Assembly: GCF_001194135.2 (NCBI RefSeq)
Contig: NC_068986.1
Span: 41,436,425-41,500,424, forward strand
From: Octopus bimaculoides
Lineage: Eukaryota
Direction of reading: 5' to 3'
Length of the DNA: 64,000 nt
Shown here piece after piece: positions 49,106 to 62,682 of the stretch. A program made the translations under genes and the position numbers. Under the pieces are notes generated by a model. It was not told where the DNA came from. It saw only the letters and a list, made by a program, of their open reading frames with translations, and ran no database searches. The stretch's first letter is position 1, and each line of letters begins with the position of its first letter.

Positions 49106-49667
49106 TTTCAGCCTTGGAAATATTGTAAAAAGGTGTAAAGGCATGTAGCCTAGTAATTAGGGTGTTGCACTCGTGATCAGAAGATTATGGTTTCGATTAC
49201 CAGACAGGCAGTTCTTGAACAAAGCAGTTCCTTTCATGTTGCTTCTGTCAACACCGCTGCAAACAGATAACCCTGTGATAAACTGGCATCCCATTCAACG
49301 TTAATGTTAGCTTGCCCATCTAGCCAGCAGGTTGGCAATATTGGAAAGCTACAATGCAGCGAAGTGCATTACAACCGGCAGTGAATAACATCACAGTCTG
49401 GTTGATAGTTATAAAGGTTAGAAAAGAAAAATTTCTGGAGTAATTCTTTCAGAATATAATATTCATTACGTTTGGGAAGGATCAAATGTAATGAGTTCCA
49501 ATCGGTGTTATAGTACCTGCAAATTTTAATGAGCAAAATGCCATGGAAAAGGTGGACAACGTAACAATGGATTAGGTATTGATGTTTTCCACCAAAAGTC
49601 AGGTTATCAATAGGGCAGATGAATTTCTTTGTTAACGACTAAAAGTAGGGTACTCCTGTTATTTCAG

Positions 49668-49748
49668 TGGTGCTTACTCTCCAGCAGAGATATATGAAGT
49701 ATTGACTTACAAGTCATCTGAAATTTGCTGCAAGAGTTCTACTTCTGA
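49668..49748 (+). CDS. Candidate exon (GAYSPAEIYEVLTYKSSEICCK..)
   Basis: CTCCTGTTATTTCAG acceptor and open frame; donor position uncertain. Possible upstream exon from 49453 (YNIHYVWEGSN). Confidence 0.4.
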
Positions 49749-50020
49749 GTAGGACATTTCCATATTCCTTCAGTTATCAAAGTATTATGGTTTAGTTTTT
49801 CTGAAAAATATTGCTGGCAAAAGGAATAGAATTAAAATTTTTTTTTCAGAAGAGTTGAATATTTTTAGTTTTGAAGAGGTTAAATGATATAGAATTATTC
49901 CAATCTTATAATCTTCATATTGTAAAGCTTAAAATAAATTATTTCCCTTGGTCTTCAGTTTATACTGCTTTGCCTATACATATATATACATAGATATATA
50001 TACATATACACACAAACATA

Positions 50021-51202
50021 CAGGGTACATTGGGTAAATTGTCACCATTTTATATATTTAATTTTGATCATGTGCATTGTGTTTTTGATTTTGTTGACTA
50101 CACAGTATAGCAGGGTCAGTTGGGCAACATCTGTGAGAAAAGCAGCACCATGATGCAATTGACTCTGCCAGAAATTTGGAAATGACATGCTGTACTGCTT
50201 GCCATTCACACTGGAAACTCCAATATGAACATTGCAGAAGATTAGGAAAGAGTTGGAGGAGTCTAATGATTGCAAAGGTATGGTAGTTCGGAAAACTCAC
50301 TGTGATCATTCTGTTAAGAAAAGAACACTTGAATTTGTTGGTGAGATCCAGGCCATGATTGACAATGTTCCCTCCGAGTCAATCAGGAAGGTAGTGCATG
50401 AGACATTTGGTATTCCTTATACAAGATGAGAAAGGGCCAATTTTTACACCAAGCCATCAAGGACAAGAGGAAAGACTGTGCTATGAAGCTTTTGAACAAA
50501 CTCAAGCGTCCATTCCAACCAAACTTGTTTTGATTTTTCTCAGACGAGAAAAATTTCTGCCAGAATCAGTTGAACATACAGAACCATTGACTTGCCATGT
50601 CTCCAAAACATGTACCAAGAGTGATAAAAATCAAACAACCAGGTGTTTGGAGTGATCACTAGTGATGGCTAGATTACGCCTACATTCATTTTCCCACACA
50701 GCCTCAGACTCAACGTGGAGGCCTACATCAAGTGCCTGGAGGAGGTAGTGCTGCCTTGGGGCAAGAGGGTGGCTGCTGGAAGACCCTATGTCTGGCAATA
50801 GGACACTGCACCATGCCACAAAGTAGGAGAACCCAGTCATGGCTGTCGAATAATTTCTGTGATCCTATCACCCTTAACATCTGGCCACCTAACTCCCCAC
50901 ACTGCAACCCCCATGATTATTATGTGAGGTGCAGTTGAACAATAAACCAACAAAACTCCTTGTAACACCAAAGATGAACTGAAGGCAAGGATTAATGCAT
51001 CATTCACCAACTTAAACAAGGAGACCAGCCAGAAGAGTTGCAAGAGATTCCAAAGTTGTCTGGAGGCTGTAGTTGTAGCCAATGGTAATTTTATTGAATA
51101 AATTTACTCTTTAGTATTTCAGTTTGGTGAATATATATTAAAATGAGATGCATTATTTTCATTTTTGCAGAATTCAGATGACAATTTATTCACCGCACCC
51201 TG
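50021..51202 (+). mobile_element. Mariner-like element, decayed
   Basis: TA-flanked CAGGGT ends. Transposase motifs YIKCLEEV, DTAPCH and IWPPNSPHCNPHDYYV. Confidence 0.9.
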
Positions 51203-51210
51203 TACATATA

Positions 51211-51255
<45 letters not shown>

Positions 51256-51535
51256 TATACCAAGTGCAAAGACCATCTCTATCCACCATACTTTTTGGGT
51301 TTTGGTAGATCCTGGTTCGTTGCTGAACCCATGACCCTATATAAATTTCTTTTGCATGATATACTTTAGACCCACCATTATAGGTATATGGTTGGTATAT
51401 TTGTAGACAACTCAGATGCAATGTATAAATATAAAAAAATATCTATTTTTTTGGTGGAGTGTAGTTTCAACCCGTGGATCTCTGGATTATGGGGCCCAGC
51501 ACACCTCCATGTGTCACTCTGCTCAACAAATATAT

Positions 51536-51745
51536 GAGATGATGAAAAGTTCTTGGCTTTAAGGGTGTTGTGAAAGGCCTAGTTGGAGGCCCAATCTTCT
51601 GAGTTCTTTTACAGGGATTAGAAAAACTGAATGACCACTGCAATGTGTGTGAATCTGACAGGAATACGTTGAATAAAATCATAATTGACTGATCTTCCTG
51701 TATTTTGTTTTGCCTAAAGTCAGGAACTTTTCAGCACCCCCTTGT
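51536..51745. mobile_element. Mariner-type MITE
   Basis: TGAAAAGTTC / GAACTTTTCAGCACCCC termini. Related to 23946. Confidence 0.65.
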
Positions 51746-52112
51746 CATCATCATCATCGTTTAACGTCCGCTTTCCATGCTGGCATGGTTGTCTGTGTTT
51801 GGTTACATTATTTCTATTACATCAACTATCATATGGTTTATTTCTGAGCATTTGATTGTTTCATGTGTATGGAATATAGAACCTACACAATATATGCTGC
51901 AGCTTAAGGGATGTTAATTTACTTACTGAAAGGCTGCTTTTTCACTGCCAATCATCTGAGAGTCATCTGCCGAATCTCATGTTTAGATCCATGTGTTGCA
52001 AATTTTTTTTGATTTCTCTTCATTAGTCATTTCCAGATCAACCAAAAGCAAATGAATTTCATACATATTTCCTTAACACAGCACAGAAAGTGAGCTTGCT
52101 AGTAATATACAG

Positions 52113-52180
52113 AAACATTTAAGTACAACGTGATTCCAGTGAACGACTGGTGGGCTACATCAAAGTTTTGGTGCTCCATG
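52113..52180 (+). CDS. Candidate exon (TFKYNVIPVNDWWATSKFWCSM)
   Basis: ATG|GTAAGT donor, TACAG acceptor, single open frame. Confidence 0.55.
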
Positions 52181-52462
52181 GTAAGTTTTGTTCTTGTTTT
52201 GCATAGTGAGATTAAAAAAGTAACTCTATATTTGATGGTCCATGAAGTTTATGTCAAATTTCTTTTGCCTAATTTCTGAAAAAGATTGTATATTGCTGAA
52301 GTACGAATACAGATGTTTATGAGTAATTGAATATACAGAAGAATTTCCTTTTAGTCTAGTTGTAAAATTAGGCTCTAATTGAGGATTTTTTTTCAGTAGC
52401 TTTGAATGAGGATTGAACAAGTTTTGTTGTTAAACTCCATCACATTATCATTTCTCCTCAAG

Positions 52463-52519
52463 ATGCTGAAAAACTAATGGAAAATTACTTATTAAAATGT
52501 AGAACACATTTACAGAACG
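52463..52519 (+). CDS. Candidate exon (AEKLMENYLLKCRTHLQN)
   Basis: TTTCTCCTCAAG acceptor, G|GTATGA donor. In phase with 53790. Confidence 0.5.
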
Positions 52520-53789
52520 GTATGAGAACGACAGCCTGGCCTTAAGAGTGCAAGTACAATATGGGTTGTCAATAAGTAAATAAATTGGGAGATAAGCAAG
52601 CAAATTCTGTCAGTTCAATCCTTATTCCAAGTTGCTGAAAAGGTACATCTACAGAACCTAATTTTAGCAACACTATATATATAAATAATCATCACCATCA
52701 TTGTTTGAATGTTCACCTTTCCATGCTTGTATGGGTCTGATCAAATTCATTGAGGTAAATTTTCTATGGCTGGATGCCCTTCCTGTGGCCAACCTTCACC
52801 TATTTCAAAGCAAGGCAGTATTTCTCCATGGCTGGATATGTTTTTTATGGAAGTCTAGAAACAGTTAGCAATTCTTACCTGAGAGATAGTGACACTCATT
52901 TCCAACTATCATATGATGTTAAAACAAATATGGAATAAACTTTCAGTTTCAGTTTACCAAATCCATTTACAAAAGTTTGGTTGGCACAAAGCTATAAAAG
53001 AAGTTATTTGTCCAAAATGCCACAAAGTGAGACTGAACTGAAAACCATTTGGTTGGGAGGTAAATTTCTAAACCATACAACCATGCCCGCGCCTGTAATG
53101 ATAACCATTTAATGGGTTTACCAAGCTGGCATACTTGGGATGGTTTGACAGGAACTGGTGAGCCAAAGGTCCACAACATACTCCAATGTTTTCATTTCTA
53201 ACACCAACAACTTAACAGAGTGTACTGAGCGTTTTTTATGTGGTGCCAGCACCACTGAGGTCACTAAGTAACTCACAACACAAACCCTGCCTCATATATT
53301 TATTCATAATCTATATTGTGTTAGTATTCCATCAAGTATTATTGATGGACTATCAATCTTATACCATAGGCATATGAGCTATGTGTAAGCAGATTCTTGT
53401 TTATATTTAAATAAATAATCTACTATTGCTTGGCATCTTGTAAAAAGAGTGGTTAGAAAATCTCGGGTTGCTGAAAAAAGGCCCTAACTTCAAAGAGAGA
53501 TAAAACATGTATGGATATAGCTCAGTATAACTAGGCAGTTAAGTTTGCTTTGCAACTATGTGTTCTTAGGTTCAGTCTCACTGTACGGCACCTTGGACCA
53601 ATGTTTCCTACTATTGCCTCACTCAAAGCAATGTCTTGTGAATGAAACTAGTGGATGGAAACCATATGAAGTCTGTCATATGTATGCCTATATAAGTGTG
53701 TATATGTGTGAAAGATGTAATTTTTTAAATAAAGTAATCTGAATGAAGAACAAAGTAAAAGAAAAAGTGTTGCATGTTTACATTTCCAG

Positions 53790-53857
53790 TGAACATTTTT
53801 CTGTGCTTCCTAAACTGTAAATCAGGAACAAGTTGGCAACAAGAAGAGCACCTAGCA
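53790..53857 (+). CDS. Candidate exon (NIFLCFLNCKSGTSWQQEEHLA)
   Basis: TTTACATTTCCAG acceptor, GTAAAT donor. Confidence 0.5.
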
Positions 53858-53964
53858 GTAAATATATATAGCTTCAAATAAGAACCTGTTCAAAATATAC
53901 TAGCAAAGAAAACAAATGTAAAACAAATGAAGCAAACTAGAATGTTAATCAAGCTGTGATTTTC

Positions 53965-54290
53965 ATGGCTGCATGGTTAAGATTCTTGCTTTGTGACCAC
54001 ATGGTCAAGTGTCTTCCACTATAGCACCAGGTAAACTAATGCCTTGTGAGTGAATCTGGTAGACGGAAATTGTAGGGAAGTTTGTTATGTGTGTCTGCAT
54101 TTGACCCCCACAAAACTTGACAACCAATATTGGTTTGTTTGCATCCCCATAACTTGGCTAAAGAGATTGACAGAATAAGTACCAAACTTAAAAATATGTA
54201 CTGGTGTAGATTTGTTTGACTAAATCCTTTCATAAGGTACCCCAGCATGGTCACAGTCCAATGACTGAAACAAGTAAAAGATAAAAGAAA
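53965..54290 (+). mobile_element. Family A SINE, plus orientation
   Basis: Reverse complement of family A copies; ends AAACAAGTAAAAGATAAAAG. Confidence 0.75.
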
Positions 54291-54590
54291 TGTCATTTCT
54301 TTTTTTTGAAGTTAAGAATAAATATTCAATAAGTTACATAACTTTTGACCAGAAAAAATCCTTAGTTGCCATAGTGAATGTATGCCTCAGAACATTTAAT
54401 TAAGCCTCAAGTTTGAATCCTGTCAGAGTTTGATTTTTCTTTCACTATTTGAAAGAGAAATATGCATCTATAAGTTACAGTAATAGCTCAGGGAAATTCA
54501 ATTATGTGTACCAGACTCATATGAAAATTAACCTTGTACTAAATCAGGTTAAATAATTACCATTAACAGCAAATCTACACACACACACAC

Positions 54591-54628
<38 letters not shown>

Positions 54629-54677
54629 AAAAATATGAATGACAAAGAAATAAATGATATGAATGATTATCTTACAG

Positions 54678-54757
54678 CTGTTTCTGCTATAAGATGTAGT
54701 GGACTCATAGTTGAGTGCCTGAGTAACACCTCACAGTTTCATCAGAGCCTTGAATAG
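54678..54757 (+). CDS. Candidate terminal coding exon (VSAIRCSGLIVECLSNTSQFHQSLE*)
   Basis: TTATCTTACAG acceptor and open frame to TAG. Confidence 0.45.
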
Positions 54758-54939
54758 CAGCTGTAAGCTAATGAAGTTCATAAGATGATTGTTTATTCCT
54801 TTGTCATCTCATTTTCTTATTACTGCTGTGTACTCAACTAATGTGTCATTCTACACCAGATTATTAGTTCTGCAACGCATAAGCAAAATTATATATATAT
54901 ATATATATATATAGTATCAAAAATGTGTCCTGTTTCCTT

Positions 54940-55250
54940 ACTTCAGGTATGCTGTTTTGCTTTTCATGACCATGCTTGAAGGGTTTTAACCAAACTGACC
55001 CAGGACACTTATTCTTAAACCTAGTACTTATTCTAGTAGTCTTTTTATGCTGAACTTCTATATTACAAGGATGTAAGCACACCAACATTGGTTGTCAAAG
55101 AAGCACAGACACACATGATGGGCTTCTTTCAGTTTTCATCGACCAAATTCACTCACAAGTCATCCGCTCAAGGTGTCACATAGTGGGACTGAACCTGGAA
55201 CTATGTGGTTGGGAAGCAAACTTCTCACCACACAGCCATGCTGGTGCCTA
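54940..55250 (-). mobile_element. Family A SINE, diverged
   Basis: Aligns with 1007-1393. Confidence 0.75.
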
Positions 55251-55322
55251 CGCTGCCACACAAATATCTATTAAAGAAAAGGAAAAAAAATGAAAGAATA
55301 AAAAGTGTTTCAGTGGAATAGT

Positions 55323-56441
55323 TTTATTAGTGTTAAAAGCATGACCAAAAAGTCATATTCAAGAGTACTTACTCATGTACGATTCTGGGATGTCTTGCTT
55401 TCAAGAGCAGTACCCAATTCAATTTAGATTAAAAAGAAGAAAAATAAAAAGGGGAGGGGAAAAAAAAAAATCATCTTTTCTTATATAATGTTAAATGATG
55501 ACATTTGCGATCAGTTATATTAATATTATTAACAGCAGGGAATTGGCAGTTCACACAGTTATTTCATATGGCAGGGCTTGTTAGATGTTTTCTAACTATG
55601 ATGTGTATGTGTGTATGTAGATGTATGTGAAGTGGTGCATACATCTTTGAAAGAGAGAGAGAAAGAGAACAGCTAATAGGACATCTGAATCCATTTGTTT
55701 CTTTTTCTTTTCTTTACTTTACTTTTTCAAATAGAAACAGTTGATTCGATTTTCCTATAGAAGTAAAGTACTTTAGAGAGGAAGAGAAATACACAGCCTG
55801 TGTAATAGCCAAAAGCAACTCACTTGCAAATCAGAATAAAATCAGCCAAAAGATGAGCAGAATTGCTACATCTTCCACTGATATAACAGTAATTTTTTTC
55901 TTATAACAGCAGTAATTTAAAGTATTCTATAGTTTTTGAATACCAGTATCATAAAAAAAAAATAATTGCTTGAGAGAGATTGTTTCTGAAAGAAGTTTTT
56001 TTTTTTTTCAAGAGAAAAATTTGAAGAAAAACTTTATTTTATATTGTACCTAAGGACTTTTCATGAAAAGCAGCAAAAATAATGATTCCGGATTCTAAAT
56101 AACTTGGAAGTTTTGAAAAACAACAATTAAGATCTAAATCATGAGAGTCCTTTCCCTAATATTCAGAAACTAAATGTAAGGAACCAGATATATAAAAAAT
56201 TGTAACATGGACAGATAAACTAAAATATAAGTTAATAGGAATTGCAGAATAAGGAAACTTACTAACTGTTGTTTTGAACTTTATATTCAATAAATGAGAT
56301 AAGAATTAAACAAAAAAACATTCAATCAAAAATAAAGAAATCTTTGCAGATTAAGAGATTGATTATTGTAACTTTCTGATGAGGAACTGCATATTTAATG
56401 AATCACCAATTACAACATTTAAAACTGTGTGTGTGTGAGTA

Positions 56442-56478
<37 letters not shown>

Positions 56479-59400
56479 AGAGAGAGTGTGTGTGTGTGTG
56501 TGTCTAATTCACTGCATGGTCCCAGACAGAAGAGTTTGAATAATGATCTATATGTAATCAAAAGTGTCAATTATAGGGAAGAAAATAGAAACATTCCCAT
56601 CTGGATATACTTTTTTTGAAGTAAATGAAGCAGTTTGTTTCTAACAATCTATAGAATATTTTTATTCTGTAAGAAGGATAATTAAAATATATAAGAAAAA
56701 GAAGAAAAGAAAATTCAGTTTCTGCACAAGTANNNNNNNNNNNNNNNNNNNNNNNNNNNNNNNNNNNNNNNNNNNNNNNNNNNNNNNNNNNNNNNNNNNN
56801 NNNNNNNNNNNNNNNNNNNNNNNNNNNNNNNNNNNNNNNNNNNNNNNNNNNNNNNNNNNNNNNNNNNNNNNNNNNNNNNNNNNNNNNNNNNNNNNNNNNN
56901 NNNNNNNNNNNNNNNNNNNNNNNNNNNNNNNNNNNNNNNNNNNNNNNNNNNNNNNNNNNNNNNNNNNNNNNNNNNNNNNNNNNNNNNNNNNNNNNNNNNN
57001 NNNNNNNNNNNNNNNNNNNNNNNNNNNNNNNNNNNNNNNNNNNNNNNNNNNNNNNNNNNNNNNNNNNNNNNNNNNNNNNNNNNNNNNNNNNNNNNNNNNN
57101 NNNNNNNNNNNNNNNNNNNNNNNNNNNNNNNNNNNNNNNNNNNNNNNNNNNNNNNNNNNNNNNNNNNNNNNNNNNNNNNNNNNNNNNNNNNNNNNNNNNN
57201 NNNNNNNNNNNNNNNNNNNNNNNNNNNNNNNNNNNNNNNNNNNNNNNNNNNNNNNNNNNNNNNNNNNNNNNNNNNNNNNNNNNNNNNNNNNNNNNNNNNN
57301 NNNNNNNNNNNNNNNNNNNNNNNNNNNNNNNNNNNNNNNNNNNNNNNNNNNNNNNNNNNNNNNNNNNNNNNNNNNNNNNNNNNNNNNNNNNNNNNNNNNN
57401 NNNNNNNNNNNNNNNNNNNNNNNNNNNNNNNNNNNNNNNNNNNNNNNNNNNNNNNNNNNNNNNNNNNNNNNNNNNNNNNNNNNNNNNNNNNNNNNNNNNN
57501 NNNNNNNNNNNNNNNNNNNNNNNNNNNNNAAGGGGGTCTAACTTCAGGGTGTTATTACAGAAGAAACATCTGCAAACAGGTTATTAAACAGAATGAAACT
57601 GTTAAATTATAGCAATTATTTATTATTTATATTAGTGCTTAAAAAGCAGCAACAATGTTAGAAAAACAAAATGTTCTTTGAGAAAGAGAGATTTGTAACT
57701 ATATCAATTTCATGTTTTGCAAGTATTACTAGAGAAAACAATCTGATAGATGGTATCAGCGAGAAATTCTTTAATGAAAAGAAACTAATGTTTCAAAATA
57801 TTGCCAAGAAGAAACCCTGATTTAACCCTTTGTCATCTGACAATAGAAATTTACAGAAAACTGTTTCAATAAAAGCTTTCAAATTTACTGCAATATGTTT
57901 GGAATGGAGGGGGGAGGGGTTGTAAAAAGTTTTTTATGAATCTATTTTATTCCACAGAATGCTATTTCAGCAAAGCAAATTTATAAACAATATCCTCAAT
58001 GCGCGGTAATGTGGTATTTCTTGAAATGACCTATTTCTGATAGAAAGATGAAAATAAAAAATGATAATAATATTTAAACGAAATCAGAATTTTAACTTTA
58101 ATGATGCAAGAAACCCCCATCTGAAAATAAATAAAACAGAAAAACCCAAAGATTTTGAAGTTTTGTAACCCTAGACAAATCTAAGATTTAATCATATCTA
58201 AATATACATAATTGAAATGGTGTTTTAGTATATCTATCCCATTAAGACATTTTGTTTTTCTGTGATTAAAATAATATCAATGAGGTAACTAAACTAATAT
58301 TTGTTAAGAGAAAAACAAAAAAGAAAAAAAGACTTTACAATTATCCTAAAATCAGAATGTTAGAATTAATGTGTGTGTGAGAAGGAGAGAGAGAGAGAGA
58401 GAGATAGAAGGGGGGAGGAAGAGAAAATACGTATGTGTGTGTATAGTGCGAGTGTGTCTGCATGTATGAAATGAAAGAATTTAACAGAAAAAATAAAAAT
58501 TAAAAAAAAACCCAAAATAACATGGATTCACTGGTAGAACTAAGATCATAAGGATCGGTTTAAAGACATCAAAGAAACAAGGTAACAAAGTCCAGAAGAC
58601 TAACCTCCATTTCATTCATGTTCAAGCTGAGTCTACTATACAAGTAGCCAGATCTAGAGGTCTGGGTAAAAAAGTATTTAAAATTTGTCTTTGTCAAAAG
58701 AATTTCAGATTTACCTCTTAACTGATGAAAACACCTGAAATCCAAGTGCTGCCTTGAAAAAGCAAGAATTTCCACTAAATTGTTGGTTATATATTAAAAT
58801 ACACTTCTAATCCAACCACTGCCTATAGTCGAAGTATTATTCTTTGAAATGAAATATTATGGAAGGTCAGTGTGCAGGAATTAGTCCTAATGAAATCAAA
58901 ACAAACTTTTTAACATACACACATCAAGATTCATTCATGTTAACATGCTCACAAGAAGGGTTAAGTTTATACAATCTCAGGTAATGAGTGTGTGTGTGTG
59001 TGTGTGTGTTGTACTGTGGTGAGTGTAATATGGTGTGGTGTGTATGTTTATTTTTTAAAATTATATAAGGAGTGGAGAAGGAATTAAGTGCTGGCTTCTA
59101 CTTGACTTCTAATACAGTGGCAGCCAAGTAGAAAGATATTTCAGGGAGAAAGTGTTACAGGGTGGAAATGAGACAAAAGTAGGGAAAAAAAAAAACAAAG
59201 AATTGAAAGAAAAGAATAAGAAAAAGGAAAGCAAAAGAGGATAAGAGAGAGAATGAATAAGAAAACAAAGAGAAAGGTAAAATATAGGGTAAAAGGAAAA
59301 ATAGGATAGAATAAGAAAAGAAATAAGAAGAAAAGAAGACTAAGAAATGATTATAAATCTCCACCCATGTTAAAAACCTGTAGCTACCCCTTTGAAATGA

Positions 59401-59644
59401 TTAAAGTCCACAAGATGAAAGATTAGAATGTGGCAGGTATAGCATACAATGTGAGTATCTAGCAATCATTCAAGGCATTGAGTTATTGATTTTAAAGGGA
59501 AAGAGGATGGATTTGGACAAAATGGATGCTGCAGCTGAAAGATCAGCAGTGAATCAAAAATGTAACGTTTGGACCAGAAAAGCCGACGTAAGCTAGATTC
59601 ATTCCCTCAAAATCAGCAACCTTTCATAGAACAGTATCATCATT
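55323..59644 (-). other. DAZAP2: Putative long DAZAP2 3' UTR
   Basis: About 4.3 kb that is U-rich on the sense strand, with no recognisable TE and a candidate AATAAA at 55323-55328. The end point is inferred. Confidence 0.4.
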
Positions 59645-59773
59645 TTAGTACCAAGTGTAGCCAGCTCCAGATCCACCAGTCAGGAAATCGTTCTTTCGTT
59701 GTGTGAGGATAACATTTTGCCCCTGCATGGCGGCCATTTGCGTTGCATTCGGAGCATAACCAGGTGGAGGGGG
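59645..59773 (-). CDS. DAZAP2: DAZ-associated protein 2, last coding exon
   Basis: PPPPGYAPNATQMAAMQGQNVILTQRKNDFLTGGSGAGYTWY* matches the DAZAP2 C-terminus as recalled from human (PPPPGCPPNAAQLAVMQGANVLVTQRKGNFFMGGSDGGYTIW). TTTCAG acceptor, phase 0. Confidence 0.95.
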   Translation of the reverse strand, partial: PPPPGYAPNATQMAAMQGQNVILTQRKNDFLTGGSGAGYTWY

Positions 59774-61317
59774 CTGAAATGGCAGAGAAAAACAAAAAGA
59801 AATTAGCTTATTATAAAAGACAAAAAGATGGTGAAGTATATTTAGTGTTTCTTAGAGGATTTTTTTTTTTTTTTAAATTATAAGTATGATAAAAAAGACA
59901 TTTTTGATATATATAGGAAATAAAAGACTGATCTTTTTAAAGATTAGTTCTTTCAGGCACTGAAGAACAATGAGTGCATTGGTCCTCACAAACAAACATT
60001 TCAAAAATTATCTTGGGTTTGCATTCTCTGAAGTTGATAAATAATTCATTAAAATGTTAGACACTGAAACAGTTGACTATAACTCGTATTTAAGTTTTGG
60101 CAAATTAAAAGGTGAGGATCTTGTTTTATTTCCCAACAGAAGTTATTCTATATAAATCTTATGCAATTAGGAAATGAATAGCACAATCTCACCTGCCAAT
60201 TTGAGACATAGAACTACTACTTTTGTTATAACCGAACACTACTTTCAATTTAATGGTTCACATTTCTACATTAAAATCCCAGAGCAAATAAAATAGGTAC
60301 CAGTAAAAGAATAAGGATGACAACTCCCTATTCTTTTCCCCACAAAAATTGGTTTTGCATAAAGAATTTAAAAAAAAAATTAAATAATATTCTTGAAGAG
60401 AATAAAAAATATGCGGTTAAATTTACAAACAAAATATGGCTCATTATTATTATATAAAATTAGCACTTTAATGAAAATCTTGATTGGCTTGTACCACATT
60501 CTTGGAAAAACACCAGTTAACTCCCCTTTGGCCCTTCCTTTATTAATAGTTACACCTGGTAGAATATAAGCAGAATTTTTACAGTTAAATTTGGAGATGA
60601 TATTGCAAACTCTAGGCAAAAGATTTTAATAAAGTATTCTGTCTTTTGAATAACTAAAGAAAGAATTGATAAAAATGGTGACATTCAAGGTAACATTAGA
60701 CAAGTGATTGATTAACAGTTCTAGGCAAATTATTGTAATGAATCAAATAATATAAAAGCATAGCTAGGACCCTGGCAAATATTACCAACAAAATATCAAA
60801 ACATACACATTTCATAACATTTAATGAATTGGTTAAATAATGGCTTGTAAGCTTATTAAATTTGTATTCCAAACAAAATAGCTATGATATTGAGATACAC
60901 ATACAACTGGCAACCTGAATATATTCTAAATCCAGTCTATTCTGGAATAATGCTGAACACTCCTGCACTGGTTGGTCATGTGACATGCAGAGTAGTAGTC
61001 TGTGTATTTGTGCGTAATTGAATGGCTGCACCTGCAGCAGAACATGTGGAACAACTAGGCGTATGACTCTTGATTGTTTAGATTTCAAAGAAGGTGGCTG
61101 ATAATCCCGCACAGAATTTGAATCAAAAGTCAATAATTGATACAGCAGCTTTTCTGGTATGAAGGGGCTCTAAGATGTAGTTTTGTTTTCCTTGATTATG
61201 TGGGATAGCAGTTTTCAAAAATGGTGCTGATAGCATTAGATGGTTTTAGATATATATATATTCAATTATTCAATTTAGTAACCAAGTCTTATCTACAAAT
61301 TTGAAAAATGTGACAAA

Positions 61318-61357
<40 letters not shown>

Positions 61358-62586
61358 GCTGGGATGAGCATAACATTAAAAGTTGTGTTGTTTTGTCATT
61401 ACATACTATAGTGAGCCAGCCTATTTGTTTTGTTATCTGGTTTTGTACCAGACTGTTCTAAGTTCACTTTACACCAATGTAGGTTGGTTTCGCTTTTGTC
61501 CCTCTGGGCTTGATAAAATAAAATATCAGTAATATAATGAAGTTCAATTTGAATGTACAACTCTGACAAATTTTGTCTTAGAACAAGACACTATTTGTCA
61601 AATAAGACATGATTATTGAATTTCAGAACTTCCACTGGAAAGTAACATGCAAATTCTACAATGGTTATTTAAAGAACAAACAATAAACAGAACAAAGAAA
61701 ACACAAAAAAGTGAGCTAAAATGATAAAGCACTGAGAGCACTTCTGAATTAGTTATCAGAACTTCTCTCTGACCAGAGATATGATTACATGCAAAGAATA
61801 AAATGAAAACGGCATTTGGCATAAAGGAATATAAAGAAAATATAAAATATACTGAACTCTGCTGAAAACAGAGATTCAGAAGTTACTTAGTTGCAGATAA
61901 ACTATACAGGTTTACTCAAAGCTAATTTTCTCAAAAGTATGGCATTTTTCTCGCACGGGCATCATGTTACATTGAATTATTTGTGTATTGATGTATATGT
62001 ATGGGTACATAAATAGGTTTAAATATACAATATACCTATTTATTTACACACACACACACACACACACATACACGTGTATATGTACCTATAAAATATGTAG
62101 GTACATGTACCTATATAATTTACATGTGTCAAGTCAAAATTTCATTAAATACTGAGTTTATAGCTGTAAAGCTGAGTTCAACCCCAAACACACTGTTCAT
62201 TGCTGCACATCATAACTGGACACGCAAGTGATCAAGATGATGTGGTTATATTACACCTTTTGCCAGCGTGAAAGAGAGAAAGATTGACCAAAACTTTGAA
62301 ATAATCCCTTGATTTGAGAAAAATGTGTAAAAGAAAAAAAAAGAAAAGAAATTAAATGTAGCTTAAGCAAAACACAACATGAAATATAAAAATTACATGA
62401 AATAATTCACTTATTTATTCCTTGATGCCAAATGTGAAAAGGATGCAAGCATGCAGGAAAAAAAAATAACCCCAAAAAACCAAAAAAAAAAAACCAAAAA
62501 AAAAAAAACCCAAAAAAAACATAGCAACAGGTAATGGCAGAATCCAAATTTTATATATTAACAAAATTGTTCAACAAGCAACTTAC

Positions 62587-62682
62587 AGGTATCATTTGGC
62601 CAGAAATTCCATCAAAACGGGCTCCAGCATCATATGCACCATGTACGAGCATTGTCTGCTGGGGGATCGTTGATGCTGGAGA
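62587..62682 (-). CDS. DAZAP2: DAZ-associated protein 2, penultimate coding exon
   Basis: SPASTIPQQTMLVHGAYDAGARF..MIP contains the conserved YDAGARF motif. 96 bp, TTTCAG/GTAAGT, phase 0-0. Upstream exons lie beyond the window. Confidence 0.95.

Noticed and set aside
52226-52420. 64-aa minus-strand ORF
   Set aside because: It has no in-frame acceptor or donor and lies antisense between better-supported plus-strand exons.
61319-61352. A34 tract in the DAZAP2 intron as a retroposon tail
   Set aside because: No upstream element body or TSD was identified.
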